A DNA stretch of 64,000 nucleotides, taken from IMG/VR virus record IMGVR_UViG_3300004805_000006, positions 1 through 64,000 of that record; one strand, 5' to 3'. Of this stretch, positions 35,814-46,711 are shown one piece after another. The notes beneath the pieces were generated by a model that worked only from the letters and a program-made list of their open reading frames with translations, had not been told where the DNA came from and ran no database searches. Both the position numbers and the translations under genes were made by a program. Numbering within the stretch: the stretch's first letter is position 1; each line of letters begins with the position of its first letter. The stretch is from a virus.

Positions 35814-37130
35814 TTACAGATCTTTTCTAAGTCTAAAAAGCCTAGGAAATCTCATTCTTCCATTGGCTCCCCATTCTTGATGTTTAATTTCTACCGTACT
35901 TCCCATTAATTCCCATGGATTATCTGTATATTCTCGTCTAAAATCTAATGAATAACCAGAACCAACTTTGCATTCTATACCATTTTCTTGCATAACCCAT
36001 ATTTTATTAAGTAATTTTTCAGTGCATAATTTACCATCTTTTACAACAGTGAAATTATCATTATACTCTATTTTTGTAACTACACAATCAGAAATAACTT
36101 CTACTTGATTAGACAATTCTCCAATCAAACTTCGTTTAAGTTTAAGTAGGGCATTAGACCGCTTATAGTCATAAAGATTATTAGGATCTCTTAGCATTAT
36201 ACCTTCATATCCTTGTTCAAAAGCTTCTTCTACTTTATCTATAATTTCATAAAAATTTATAATGCCTCTATTAACAACTTTAATATGAGTAGCTTCTAAT
36301 TCTGTTATTTCATTTATAACTTCTACATAATTTGGTTTTTCGCCTGCCAAAAAATTTTCAGCATTACCACCTACAAATAAATGATATTCCATTTCAGGAA
36401 CTTGCCCCTTAGTAAAAGCCATAACAGGACCTTGAACTTCTTCAAATGTTAATCCATGTTTATATAATTCACCATCAAAGAAAGTCCACCCTTTACTATT
36501 ATATATAAGTTCTAGTTGAGGTTTTATATGGTCAACTGTAAGAAGTTCCTTACCTTTACGAGAGTATAAAGTCCACTTACCATCACCATTTCTTATAGCT
36601 ACGCACCTTAAACCATCTAGTTTATACGATACATACCATTGTGGTAATTTATGCCCTGACTTAGTTGGATCATAAGTATTAGAAAGTTGAACATTAAATT
36701 GTTTTATTATTCCAGGAAGTAATTTTAATACAGCTTTAGAACTTATACCAGATTTCCAGTTTTTATTTATTACACCTACCAATAATTCTTGAGAACCGGC
36801 ATTCAATTTTTCAAGTAATGCAACTACTAATTCCCTATTTTGTTTAGCTGAGTTAGAATGTTCACAGAATGTAAGTACAGACTGAGCTTGGTAAAATAAT
36901 TCTCCAAGATCAAGCTCAGATGGTAGAGGCATATCTTTAGGCTTAATACTTACATTAAATAAAACAAAATTATCATATGTTAATCTTAAAAGCTCTCTAA
37001 GTTCTGGGCAATCATAACTAATGAGTACATCTTGCTTTTCAGAAGGTTTAGTTGTATTCCTTAAATCACTAAGAAGATTTTCAAATTTCATAGCATACTC
37101 CTTATTTAGAACATTATTAAATACCACCAC
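35814..37130 (-). CDS. ATP-dependent DNA ligase
   Basis: KLDGLRC, SRKGK, DGELY, EGIMLR, KRS..LLKLK, VGSG, RFPR. Confidence 0.93.
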   Translation of the reverse strand: MVVFNNVLNKEYAMKFENLLSDLRNTTKPSEKQDVLISYDCPELRELLRLTYDNFVLFNVSIKPKDMPLPSELDLGELFYQAQSVLTFCEHSNSAKQNRELVVALLEKLNAGSQELLVGVINKNWKSGISSKAVLKLLPGIIKQFNVQLSNTYDPTKSGHKLPQWYVSYKLDGLRCVAIRNGDGKWTLYSRKGKELLTVDHIKPQLELIYNSKGWTFFDGELYKHGLTFEEVQGPVMAFTKGQVPEMEYHLFVGGNAENFLAGEKPNYVEVINEITELEATHIKVVNRGIINFYEIIDKVEEAFEQGYEGIMLRDPNNLYDYKRSNALLKLKRSLIGELSNQVEVISDCVVTKIEYNDNFTVVKDGKLCTEKLLNKIWVMQENGIECKVGSGYSLDFRREYTDNPWELMGSTVEIKHQEWGANGRMRFPRLFRLRKDL

Positions 37131-37159
37131 TTAAAAGTAGTGGTATTTAAATTAATATA

Positions 37160-37420
37160 TTACTTCTTTTTCTTTTTATAAGCTTCTTCATTACCTACAG
37201 TATTTTCTATTGCTATACCCAAGGACAACATAGCACAAGTTTGGCTAAGTTTAAGTTCAATATAATTAGTTTGGTCTGCTAAAAAAGCAGAAGTATTTTT
37301 CATTACTAAATTTTTACAATTAGGGCATACAGTTTCTATCAACGGTCCAAACATTTTTGTATTAGACTTATGACAGTAGTAGTTTTTTCTACAAGAAAAA
37401 CAACGTAGTTTAATTTCCAT
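37160..37420 (-). CDS. Zinc-ribbon protein
   Basis: CFSC...CPNC. Confidence 0.6.
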   Translation of the reverse strand: MEIKLRCFSCRKNYYCHKSNTKMFGPLIETVCPNCKNLVMKNTSAFLADQTNYIELKLSQTCAMLSLGIAIENTVGNEEAYKKKKK

Positions 37421-37424
37421 TATA

Positions 37425-37802
37425 TTATTCCTTATTGGCAGTAGTTAAAAACCTACTTAAATCGCCTGTTAAAGGATGTTTAGTATCTGTTGTTCTAGCA
37501 TAAGCTTTATAATCCTCTAATGAAGGTGTTTTAAACTCATTTGAATTTGAATTAATTTGAGCAGTATCTTTACCCATAGAATTTTTAAGTACCTTAAGTT
37601 CTCTTTTTAAATTTTGTTTATATTTCTGTTGGTCTTCATAACCAATTTTAATAGTAGAAACAGCATACTTAATTTTTAATTTATCTTTATCATAAAGATA
37701 CTCTTCACAAATACGTGGTTTATTAATTGCAACACCTATATTTTTAACCGTACATATATGATTTTTCATATTACCACACACATTACATTTTACTTTAGCC
37801 AT
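37425..37802 (-). CDS. Hypothetical protein
   Basis: GAGGAGG RBS; CNVC. Confidence 0.65.
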   Translation of the reverse strand: MAKVKCNVCGNMKNHICTVKNIGVAINKPRICEEYLYDKDKLKIKYAVSTIKIGYEDQQKYKQNLKRELKVLKNSMGKDTAQINSNSNEFKTPSLEDYKAYARTTDTKHPLTGDLSRFLTTANKE

Positions 37803-37843
37803 AATTCCTCCTAGTTTATAGTTGTTTATTCCTTGTTGAACGT

Positions 37844-37871
37844 AATATAATACATAAAATCAGTTTGTCAA
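37844..37871 (-). promoter_or_regulatory. Promoter TTGACA-N16-TATATT
   Basis: Read on the reverse strand. Confidence 0.75.
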
Positions 37872-37886
37872 GTGCTATTGTAATAT

Positions 37887-38483
37887 TTATCTATTAGCAA
37901 CACCTACATGTCTTAAAATATCATACCAATCATACACACGTTTAAACTTACTACCGTCTATATAATCAGTATTCCAAGGTTTATCCATTAATAGAAGACC
38001 TTTTCTCCAACGTTTTTTGTAACGTAACATAGATTCTAAATGACTATGAAGATCATCTACATACATATCTAAACTATATCTTCTACCTAAAATACCTTTA
38101 GGTTGAGTATGCCCTACCACAGCAAGTTCGTCGAAAGGTACATTATTTTTTCTTAACCACTTAAAAGTCATTGATTGATTTTGTTTAGGTCTAGATGTTA
38201 TAAAGTATAATTTATGACCTGCTCTTCTAAGTTTATGCAAAACTTCTACTGCACCTTCTATAGGTTTGGCTTTAAATTGAAAATCTTTATCATTGGCAAT
38301 GTTATCCATATCCTCAATTATTTTGGCATTTAATTCTTCATCGCGGCTAAAAAGACATTTTGCAAATCCGTAATGAATAAAACAACCTATTGGCCATTCT
38401 ATACCATAAGTACTTTCTAAATGTATTTCAAATTCAGAAGTTAAATCTACAACTACCTCGTCTAGATCGAATCCTAGTCTCAT
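37887..38483 (-). CDS. HAD 5'(3')-deoxyribonucleotidase (NT5C-like)
   Basis: GFDLDEVV, PIEGA, ITSR, YVDD, PWN. Confidence 0.85.
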   Translation of the reverse strand: MRLGFDLDEVVVDLTSEFEIHLESTYGIEWPIGCFIHYGFAKCLFSRDEELNAKIIEDMDNIANDKDFQFKAKPIEGAVEVLHKLRRAGHKLYFITSRPKQNQSMTFKWLRKNNVPFDELAVVGHTQPKGILGRRYSLDMYVDDLHSHLESMLRYKKRWRKGLLLMDKPWNTDYIDGSKFKRVYDWYDILRHVGVANR

Positions 38484-38511
38484 TTTTTATCCCCCATAAT
38501 TTGTATTTAGT

Positions 38512-41500
38512 CTATCCACATCGGCTATATCCACAAGTACAACTTATACAACCCTCATAAAATTTCATAGATTTTTCACCACATTCTGGGCAGACCATAC
38601 CATGTACATCATGTTCTTTAACAAATCTACCTAAAAATTTTGTAATATGAAATACAAAAGTACCAACTATAGCCTCTAATTCACTTAATCCTTTAACTAT
38701 CGTAAATACATCTACATTATGTCTAAGAAGTAATCCAAGCATACGACAAATTTTAACAGGATTTTTTTGCCCTGCATACTTCTTTTTCGTCTCTTCTACA
38801 AAATAATTATTTATATTTTTGAATACCGCTATTTCCTCTAGTTTTTCAAGAGCATTAAAAGTCAAAACATTATCTTCTCTATTATTAGTATTTACAAATA
38901 TCGCAAACGGTCTAGTACATGCTCTATCTTTAAAAGCTACATGAAGATAATATTTTTTTCCATCGGATTTTAAAATATATCCTTTAGCTGGATATTCTTC
39001 AGGTAATTGTATATCACTAGTTATAATATCACCATTTTTTTGTTCTTCAAAAACTTCTAAAAATTCAGTTTGTTGCTTTTCTACAGACTTTTCTTGTTCT
39101 TTTTTCTGTATTTCCAATACTGCTATAGATGTTCCTTCTCTATAAGTAGTACATCCCTTAACTCCATAAGAATGAATATCACCATACAATGATTTGAAAC
39201 TATCAAAAGAAATATCATTAGGTAAGTTTATAGTTTTAGATATTCCTTGATCAGTATATGACGATACTAGCTTCAATACTTTAAGATGCTCTTCCACACT
39301 TAATTCCATCGCTGTAGCAGTTTCTGTAAAACCACGCTCAAGTGCTATTTTATAACCATAATCCATAATAGTTATTTTTTCACATAGACCAGTATTACTA
39401 TCTATTCTGAATTTACCATCTGTTGAAATAAGTACTACCTCATCAGCTACCTTTTCTTCTTTAAAGTATTCAGTTTCAAACCATTCTCCTATATGAACAT
39501 TAGGATATTTAAAATCTACTGCTTTACCTTCTGACCTATTCCACCTAGTAAATTCACGAGCAAACACCGGTTCAACTCCTCCAGATATATTACCTGCTAC
39601 AATAGACAAAGTATTATGTGTAATAAATCCATTGGCTACATATGTTTGAGAAGAATCATTAACAGAGATGTCCTGCACGTGTTTTAATATATTGCTATTA
39701 TTTATAGTAGAAATGGTATCTAAAAACATATTATTTTCTATAAACCAATTATAATTATCTTTTTTAATTTTTCTTCTATAAATACTATTAGTAACACAAA
39801 TAATACCTTTATCAAGATATTTTTTAATAAAAGTATCTCGTGAAAAAATATGATGTTCCTTTGGTAATAATAGAACAGGTTCAAAATTTCTTCCAACATA
39901 TTTTATATCTATTTTTTTTGAGTCTACACCCATTAATTTACATAGTTTTCTAGAATTAAAAACACTTAATTCTATTCTTATAGCATTAAAATTAGATTTA
40001 GTTTTTCTATGTAATATTTCTATTTCTTTTCCTACAGTTTGTTCAGTATATATATGTGAAGGTATTCCTATACCTAAAAGGATAGTGTGTAATTGATTAG
40101 CCATTTTTTCTGATACTGTAGTAAATCTAACACATTGTTTAGAGATATTAAATCCACCATCACCTAAAAAATAACCTTTAATAAAACTATAAATTATATT
40201 TCTATTGCTACACATAATAATTTTAGGTATAAAAGCATTTGATGACCCATTTTTTACACATATATTTTTATCAAACCACTCTCTAATTTCTTTAGAATTT
40301 ACTTCGATACGTAAACTATTAGTATCATCTCTTTTTCTAATTATAATTCTAGTATACTTATCACTAAAACAAGATGTTATTAATTTTGTTATATATTCTT
40401 CTTCATCAGTATGTATTTGAAAATATAATCTATTATTACAAAACCATCCTTCTGCCATATAAAAACCTAAAAGTTCAGCTAAATTCTCGTTCATGTCTGT
40501 AGTATTAATGTCATTAAATATAAAATCTTTTTTCATAACAACAACATCATCTACTAATATATCTTTTAATTCCTTCCATATATATTCACCATTATTATTT
40601 ATAGTTCTTACTTTATGTGGTAATGTTCCTTCTATACTATATCCATTATGAGTAGTTATTTTTACAGTTTTTGAGTACCCTTTATCATACCATCCTTTAA
40701 AAGATGAATTTTTAAAATCTGAAGATAATTCAAGACTATCTGTATATAGTGATATTTCCTTAGAATCACTTATTTCCAAACAACCTTTAGAAGTTGATAT
40801 TAAAGTATCGTCAACCAAACAACCAGTCGGAGCAATTGCACTCAGTGCTGAATGACGTAATCCATGCTTCTTTATTAAATCAATTACTTCTTTGGATAGT
40901 GTACCATTTTTAACATACCCACACTCAATTAATTCTGGACTATATAATTCAAAAGGACCCTTTTCTTTAGCCAATAAAGCAGAACTCTTATACGCTTGGT
41001 TAATAAATTCCTTTAAAATAACATCAAGAACATCTAAACATTCCTCTCCACCATAGCGAAGATTCATCATCATCATTAACGAACCTATGCCCATCAATCC
41101 TATACCTATCTTTCTTTTTAACTTGGCAGCTTGTTCATACATTGGTAATGGATATGATGAAATTTCTATAACATTGTCTAGAGCATTTACCATAATATCA
41201 ATGGCTTCTTTAAATTCAATTAAACAGAATTTATTTTTGTCCACGTCAAAAAATTTAGTAAGATTAAGAGATCCTAAATTACATACATCACCCAATTCTA
41301 TAGCTTTACCATTTACATATTCAATTCCTGTATGTCCGAAGATTTCTCCACATTGTAATGTACTTAATCCATTGCATATAACAGATCCATAATCTTTTTG
41401 TGTTAAACAATATACATCTTCTTTACCAACAAATTCTATAAATTTTATAGGATCATAAAATGATTGTTTATAAGGTTCATGGTGTTCTCTCCAACTATCA

Positions 41501-43407
41501 AATTTATTATTTTTATAAGGCAACATAAACCCAATTTCTTTCATAAATATATCGCGACTAATACTACAAAGTATTAATTCGTATTGATCTCTACACCAAT
41601 ATTCCTTCATACCACCTTTACCATCAGGTAGTTTTCTATAACCAGCTTTACGTCTAAAATATATACTAGAACGTATACCAAAATTAGATAATAAAATTTG
41701 TACATCTTTCAATAATGTCGGTTCAGAACTACTAAGTCTTATAGAACACCTAGATTTAATATCCACTGCAACCGTACCATCAGATTGAAATAATCCTTGT
41801 AGATATCCAATAACCATTTCTTTACTGCCTTTAAAAATATAATCTGGAACATTCTTTTTTATATTAAGTAAATTAAAACTATCAAAAATTCTGTATAAAA
41901 CAGCTGATCTTACTTCAAACATATCTTTTTGTTTAATGTATTGTTTAGATATAATTACGTTTGAATAATCACCGCCATATTGAAGAATTAAACTATTAAT
42001 GGTATTAGTAATTTCATCGATTAAACAGTTATCCTTTCCCCATAATCTTGCAATAACAACATTACTTTTACAATTATCAATTTTATTCCAGCCATTATAA
42101 ATAGTACCATCTCCAGTAATTAATCCGATTAATCTACCAAAATCATAATTACCATTTTCTCCAAAGCCACACTCACCCGAACAAATTCTTAATTTATCAC
42201 CTACAATTAAATCTTTTAATTGTTTATCACCAATATCTGTAGAAAATCCATGATATTCTGTAGCTTTAATTTCATATCCTGAATTAGTTGTGATCTTATA
42301 TACATCTTTATTACCAGTCTTGTATACATTAGAAGCTAATAATCTTGTAGTTCCTAAATTACCATTAATTTTTCTATTGTCAACATAAACTATATTATCT
42401 TTCCCATCAATATAAAGATCATGTATTCTTTCCATACCTTTAGATGTGTGTAGTAACATATCTCCAGTAAAGCATGGGTTAGTTGATAACATATCACCAT
42501 TTAGATAGCTAATATTATTCATCTTTCTAGCATTATCTATAAACAAGATCCCCGGTTCATTCCGAGTATAGCTATTTCTAAGTAAAAGCTCCCATAGATA
42601 ATCAGCTCTTACTGTTTTATAAATAACAACTGGGAATCCTTTTTCTGCCCACTTCTCAAAATTACCATCCCATAATTCATCATACCTTTCAAAATTAATA
42701 TCTGGAAACCATAAGTCCCAATCCATATCATTCTGTACTGCATACATGAACGCATCAGAAATTAACACTGACATATTCATCTTGGTTAGTTTATTCGGTG
42801 TAGCTTTAGCAACAATAAAACTCTCAATGTCTGGGTGATTAATACTCATTGTAACCATTGTAGCACCCTTACGAATGGACTTCTTTGTTGGAATTCCCTG
42901 ATAACTATCATTCTTGTCCACACTTCCTGACGTTATAACCTCAGATACCTTGTCAAAAATTTCAAGGAATTTGATACTACCAGGACTCCCTACTCCTATT
43001 TTCCTAATCAAAGTTTTTGCTGGTCTAAAAAAGTTAGCGCAAAAACCCACTCCACCTTCACTCTTCAGAGTATAAGAGAATTTGCCTAACATATCCAGAA
43101 TACCCTCTAAAGAGTCTGGATTTTTTGTAACCGACTCTATGAAACAATTGAATAAAGTTAACCCTTCCTCAGAAACTCCAATATTAGCATTTATTCTCCC
43201 ACCAAAAAGTACTTTAAAATCCATCAGCATATCAAAAAGTTTTTTGTTTTTTATTTTTTCATCTTTAAATATATTATTTGATAATCTACTACAAAATTCT
43301 TTATAAGATTCATCTTTATACTGGTATTTATCAGACCATATTTTTCTCTGAAATGGATCAATTAATGTATTCATAGTTCTCCTATTAATTATATTTAGAG
43401 CCACCAC
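38512..43407 (-). CDS. nrdJ: Class II (B12-dependent) ribonucleotide reductase with two inteins
   Basis: GGRI, FNCF, GGVG, HPDI, EPG, TNP|CGE, CNLGSLNL, IGIGLMG, IAPTG|T, SKTINLP, KGCTTYR, C-terminal TSCPD/zinc ribbon. Confidence 0.93.
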   Translation of the reverse strand: MVALNIINRRTMNTLIDPFQRKIWSDKYQYKDESYKEFCSRLSNNIFKDEKIKNKKLFDMLMDFKVLFGGRINANIGVSEEGLTLFNCFIESVTKNPDSLEGILDMLGKFSYTLKSEGGVGFCANFFRPAKTLIRKIGVGSPGSIKFLEIFDKVSEVITSGSVDKNDSYQGIPTKKSIRKGATMVTMSINHPDIESFIVAKATPNKLTKMNMSVLISDAFMYAVQNDMDWDLWFPDINFERYDELWDGNFEKWAEKGFPVVIYKTVRADYLWELLLRNSYTRNEPGILFIDNARKMNNISYLNGDMLSTNPCFTGDMLLHTSKGMERIHDLYIDGKDNIVYVDNRKINGNLGTTRLLASNVYKTGNKDVYKITTNSGYEIKATEYHGFSTDIGDKQLKDLIVGDKLRICSGECGFGENGNYDFGRLIGLITGDGTIYNGWNKIDNCKSNVVIARLWGKDNCLIDEITNTINSLILQYGGDYSNVIISKQYIKQKDMFEVRSAVLYRIFDSFNLLNIKKNVPDYIFKGSKEMVIGYLQGLFQSDGTVAVDIKSRCSIRLSSSEPTLLKDVQILLSNFGIRSSIYFRRKAGYRKLPDGKGGMKEYWCRDQYELILCSISRDIFMKEIGFMLPYKNNKFDSWREHHEPYKQSFYDPIKFIEFVGKEDVYCLTQKDYGSVICNGLSTLQCGEIFGHTGIEYVNGKAIELGDVCNLGSLNLTKFFDVDKNKFCLIEFKEAIDIMVNALDNVIEISSYPLPMYEQAAKLKRKIGIGLMGIGSLMMMMNLRYGGEECLDVLDVILKEFINQAYKSSALLAKEKGPFELYSPELIECGYVKNGTLSKEVIDLIKKHGLRHSALSAIAPTGCLVDDTLISTSKGCLEISDSKEISLYTDSLELSSDFKNSSFKGWYDKGYSKTVKITTHNGYSIEGTLPHKVRTINNNGEYIWKELKDILVDDVVVMKKDFIFNDINTTDMNENLAELLGFYMAEGWFCNNRLYFQIHTDEEEYITKLITSCFSDKYTRIIIRKRDDTNSLRIEVNSKEIREWFDKNICVKNGSSNAFIPKIIMCSNRNIIYSFIKGYFLGDGGFNISKQCVRFTTVSEKMANQLHTILLGIGIPSHIYTEQTVGKEIEILHRKTKSNFNAIRIELSVFNSRKLCKLMGVDSKKIDIKYVGRNFEPVLLLPKEHHIFSRDTFIKKYLDKGIICVTNSIYRRKIKKDNYNWFIENNMFLDTISTINNSNILKHVQDISVNDSSQTYVANGFITHNTLSIVAGNISGGVEPVFAREFTRWNRSEGKAVDFKYPNVHIGEWFETEYFKEEKVADEVVLISTDGKFRIDSNTGLCEKITIMDYGYKIALERGFTETATAMELSVEEHLKVLKLVSSYTDQGISKTINLPNDISFDSFKSLYGDIHSYGVKGCTTYREGTSIAVLEIQKKEQEKSVEKQQTEFLEVFEEQKNGDIITSDIQLPEEYPAKGYILKSDGKKYYLHVAFKDRACTRPFAIFVNTNNREDNVLTFNALEKLEEIAVFKNINNYFVEETKKKYAGQKNPVKICRMLGLLLRHNVDVFTIVKGLSELEAIVGTFVFHITKFLGRFVKEHDVHGMVCPECGEKSMKFYEGCISCTCGYSRCG
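39613..40821 (-). mobile_element. LAGLIDADG intein (403 aa) in RNR
   Basis: PTG|CLVDD, T.PH, LLGFYMAEG, FIKGYFLGDG, ANGFITHN|TLS. Confidence 0.92.
41353..42474 (-). mobile_element. LAGLIDADG intein (374 aa) ending in Gln, inserted at the RNR catalytic NP|C site
   Basis: CFTGD, TEYH, LIGLITGDG, YLQGLFQSDG, VYCLT..CNGLSTLQ|CGEI. Confidence 0.9.
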
Positions 43408-43430
43408 ATTAGTAGTGGCTCATATCAATC

Positions 43431-43874
43431 TTATCTACCAGTATGTCCAAACCCACCAGTTCCTCTATCTGTAGTATCAAGAGAATCTGTTTCCATAAAA
43501 TAACCAGTATATACAGGAGAGAACTTCATCTGCGCTATAGCGTCTCCCTTTACTATACTGATATCCTCATCACCTAGATTAACAAGTATGACCATTAATT
43601 CTCCTCTATATTGAGAATCAATAGTGCCTGGAGTATTTAAAACTGTTAATCCTTTCTTCCAAGCCAGACCACTCCTAGGTCTAATCTGTGCCTCAAACCC
43701 ATCAGGAACAGCTATCTTCAGTCCAGTCTTAGCTAGGACCCTATGTCCTGGCTTGATTGTATAATCCTCGATTGTCCTCAAAGAGCATGCGCAGTCCCCA
43801 AATTTTTCATAAACAGGGAACACTGCATCTACGTGTGTCTTTACACAAAAAATCTTTAAGCCATTTGAATTCAT
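43431..43874 (-). CDS. dut: Trimeric dUTPase
   Basis: QIRPRSGLA, NTPGTIDSQYRGE, IAQ, RGTGGFGHTG; AAGGAG RBS before MNS. Confidence 0.93.
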   Translation of the reverse strand: MNSNGLKIFCVKTHVDAVFPVYEKFGDCACSLRTIEDYTIKPGHRVLAKTGLKIAVPDGFEAQIRPRSGLAWKKGLTVLNTPGTIDSQYRGELMVILVNLGDEDISIVKGDAIAQMKFSPVYTGYFMETDSLDTTDRGTGGFGHTGR

Positions 43875-43885
43875 GTTGTCTCTCC

Positions 43886-44935
43886 TTAATATTTGTATTT
43901 GTATCTCATGTACATCAACGCCTGATACCAGGCTATGTGCCACTCACGGTCAGTATTTGCTATAGTATTACAACTACCACATAAGGTTATTACGTTAATA
44001 GGACTACAACTTTTCTTATTATAGTCAATATGGTGAATATGGAGTCTTGAATCTTTTTTATTACAAGTAGGATTTAAGCACTTATTACCATCTCTAAGTC
44101 TTATATCTTTCTTGTATTCCTTATCACTCCAAATTGGACAGTAAGGTTCGTAAGAAGTTCCTCCGTTCCAAACTGGATTTCCTGGACCAGTTTGTCTTAT
44201 AGACTGTCTAATACGAGAACAAAATGGACACTTATATCCGTGAGACCAATCATGCCATGTAATGCTATGTTCATGACCTTCAGAACATCTATAATATAGT
44301 TTAGTTTTATTATTAACATACTTTTCAGACAACAAAGTATAACCTTCATTCTTAAAAGATTCTCTTACCTGGTCTAAAGTAAGTTTAATTGTACCATAAC
44401 ACATAAAACATCTATGACCTCGTTGCCATGCGTTCCAAATAATATTATGTTCATGCCCCTTAGGGCATCTATAATCCAATTTAGTAGTACTATTAACATA
44501 TTCTGTAGATAATAAAGTATACCCTTTACTTTCAAAAGATTCTCTAACTTGTTCAAACGTAGGCTTAGTATTTCCAAAGCAAGTGATACATCTATGACAA
44601 CGTTGCCAACAACTCCATGAAATACTATGTTCATGCCCTTTAGGACATCTATAATCTAACTTCATTAGAGAATTAATATACTCCGTAGACAATAAAGTAT
44701 ATCCTTCATTTTCAAAAGATTCCTTAATATATTCTAAATTAAGCTTAGTATTTCCAGCACAAGTTGAACACCTATTTCCTTTTTTCCAATTAGTCCAAAT
44801 CATACTATGTTCATGACCTTTAGAGCATCTATAATCCAATTTTGTACTACTATTAATATAGTCATCTGATAAAAGAGTATACCCTCCACTCTCAAAAGAC
44901 TCCTTTACAAACTCATAAGTTAATTTTTCTGGCAT
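43886..44935 (-). CDS. HNH endonuclease with 4 zinc-ribbon repeats
   Basis: Same architecture as 18359-19225. Confidence 0.88.
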   Translation of the reverse strand: MPEKLTYEFVKESFESGGYTLLSDDYINSSTKLDYRCSKGHEHSMIWTNWKKGNRCSTCAGNTKLNLEYIKESFENEGYTLLSTEYINSLMKLDYRCPKGHEHSISWSCWQRCHRCITCFGNTKPTFEQVRESFESKGYTLLSTEYVNSTTKLDYRCPKGHEHNIIWNAWQRGHRCFMCYGTIKLTLDQVRESFKNEGYTLLSEKYVNNKTKLYYRCSEGHEHSITWHDWSHGYKCPFCSRIRQSIRQTGPGNPVWNGGTSYEPYCPIWSDKEYKKDIRLRDGNKCLNPTCNKKDSRLHIHHIDYNKKSCSPINVITLCGSCNTIANTDREWHIAWYQALMYMRYKYKY

Positions 44936-45828
44936 GATGCCTCTTTGTACTTCATAAATTTAAAGTTACCACAATCAAAAATTCTATCAAAACCTAGCGC
45001 CTGGGCTAGCGCAAACTCAGTCATCGTATTTATTTTCTCTACGCCAAGATCCGTTTCTTTAGCGGCTCTGAGTCTTAAAACATCTCTACGAAAAGCGAAA
45101 CGATGAACTCTATTTGTGAACCCAGGAACCTTTAAATAGAAGTAATTAGGATCTGTAATCTTTTCTAATTCGAATCCTATTTGTCTGTACAAATTACCTG
45201 TCGGGCTCCAGCGCTTATCTGCAAATGTAAGTATCGTAGTCCATTCATAATTCTTTTCAAAGTAGCTCATAAGCTTACCTGCTGCACCTATACAACGATA
45301 TTTGCTATCAGTACAAAATCGTATCAGTTCAAAATTTCCTTCTGTACGAATTTTGTTTCCTTTAGCTCTGGATAATACACCAAAAGTCATGACTGAAATA
45401 AGTTCATCTGAGTCTTTTTTAAATAATCCTAGCTTAACTCTAGACCCCCCGTTACCTTGTATATGAAATTTGTTTACAAAATCCGATGATCTCCTAGTAG
45501 GTATTTCTCTAATGACACATTTCCTAGCAAAAACTTTCTCACCTTCATTTTTTCCTAACAGATTTCTTACTCTAGATATCACTATGTCTTTCTTATTCAT
45601 ATATTCATCCTCAAAGATAACATAGAATTTATATCCCTCTGCTAAATATTTTTCTTGTTTTACTTTATGATGTGTTCTATGCAACCCTGAAGCAGCATCA
45701 CAGAAATCCTTAAATACACAATACTCGAATATTAGTTTCCTATCTTCTATCAAAATATCCCCTGACTCATTAACTATAAAGCATATTTCAAGTTTGTCAA
45801 TATCCTCTTTAAAATTTTCTATACTCAT
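44920..45828 (-). CDS. Hef-like phage protein: degenerate Vsr/PD-(D/E)XK N-part plus GNAT/Mom-like C-part
   Basis: IFEDE...K.IV.SR, ARKC.IREI, HIQG, SVMTF, ELIRFC, GAAGKL, TFADKRWS, LY..IGF, PNY. Confidence 0.6.
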   Translation of the reverse strand: MSIENFKEDIDKLEICFIVNESGDILIEDRKLIFEYCVFKDFCDAASGLHRTHHKVKQEKYLAEGYKFYVIFEDEYMNKKDIVISRVRNLLGKNEGEKVFARKCVIREIPTRRSSDFVNKFHIQGNGGSRVKLGLFKKDSDELISVMTFGVLSRAKGNKIRTEGNFELIRFCTDSKYRCIGAAGKLMSYFEKNYEWTTILTFADKRWSPTGNLYRQIGFELEKITDPNYFYLKVPGFTNRVHRFAFRRDVLRLRAAKETDLGVEKINTMTEFALAQALGFDRIFDCGNFKFMKYKEASCQKN

Positions 45829-46711
45829 ATTTATATCTCCTATACATTAACGCTTGATACCAGGCTGTATGCCACTCACGGTTAGTATTTGCTCTACTAT
45901 TACAACTACCACATAAAGTTATTACGTTACTAGGACTACAACTTTTTTTGTTGTAGTCAATATGGTGAATATGAAGTCTATGATCCTTTTTATTACATGT
46001 TGGATTAAGACACTTATTACCGTCTCGATCCCTAATATACTGCTTGTATTCTTTATCACTCCAAATTGGGCAATAAGGTTCATAGGAAAGTCCACCTTTC
46101 CATTGTGGATTGCCAGAACCAGAAACTTTGATAGAATATTCAATATCAGCACAAGTAGGACATCTTATTCCTTGTTGCCAGCTATTCCATATCATAGAAT
46201 TATTATGACCTTCTGGACATTGGTAATCTAATTTACTCTTACCATTAATATATATATTAGATAATAAAATATAATTATCTTTTTCAAAGAGTGCTCTAAC
46301 CTGCTCTATGGTAAGTTTAATATTATTATTAATACAGTATGAACACCTCTGTCCTTTTTGCCAATTGCTCCACCCAATACTATGCTCATGACCTTCAGAA
46401 CACCTATAATCTAATTTCGATCTATTGTTAATATAATGTTCAGATAATAATACATAATTTTCTTTACTAAACGATTTCCTAATGTGGTCTATAGTAGGCT
46501 TAGCTAAACCGGAACATGTTGGACATCTTTGACCTTGTTTCCATGCATACCATACTATACTATGTTTGTGACCTTTAGGGCACTCATAATTTAGCCTGCT
46601 TCCACTATTAATATATTCTTTAGAAATTAAAGTATAACCACAACTTTCAAAAGATTGTTTTACAAATTCATAAGTTAATTTTACCCCTCTCATTCTTGAC
46701 CACCTCCACAT
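45809..46711 (-). CDS. HNH endonuclease with 3 zinc-ribbon repeats
   Basis: Same architecture; probable start MRG at 46693. Confidence 0.88.
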   Translation of the reverse strand: MWRWSRMRGVKLTYEFVKQSFESCGYTLISKEYINSGSRLNYECPKGHKHSIVWYAWKQGQRCPTCSGLAKPTIDHIRKSFSKENYVLLSEHYINNRSKLDYRCSEGHEHSIGWSNWQKGQRCSYCINNNIKLTIEQVRALFEKDNYILLSNIYINGKSKLDYQCPEGHNNSMIWNSWQQGIRCPTCADIEYSIKVSGSGNPQWKGGLSYEPYCPIWSDKEYKQYIRDRDGNKCLNPTCNKKDHRLHIHHIDYNKKSCSPSNVITLCGSCNSRANTNREWHTAWYQALMYRRYKYEYRKF

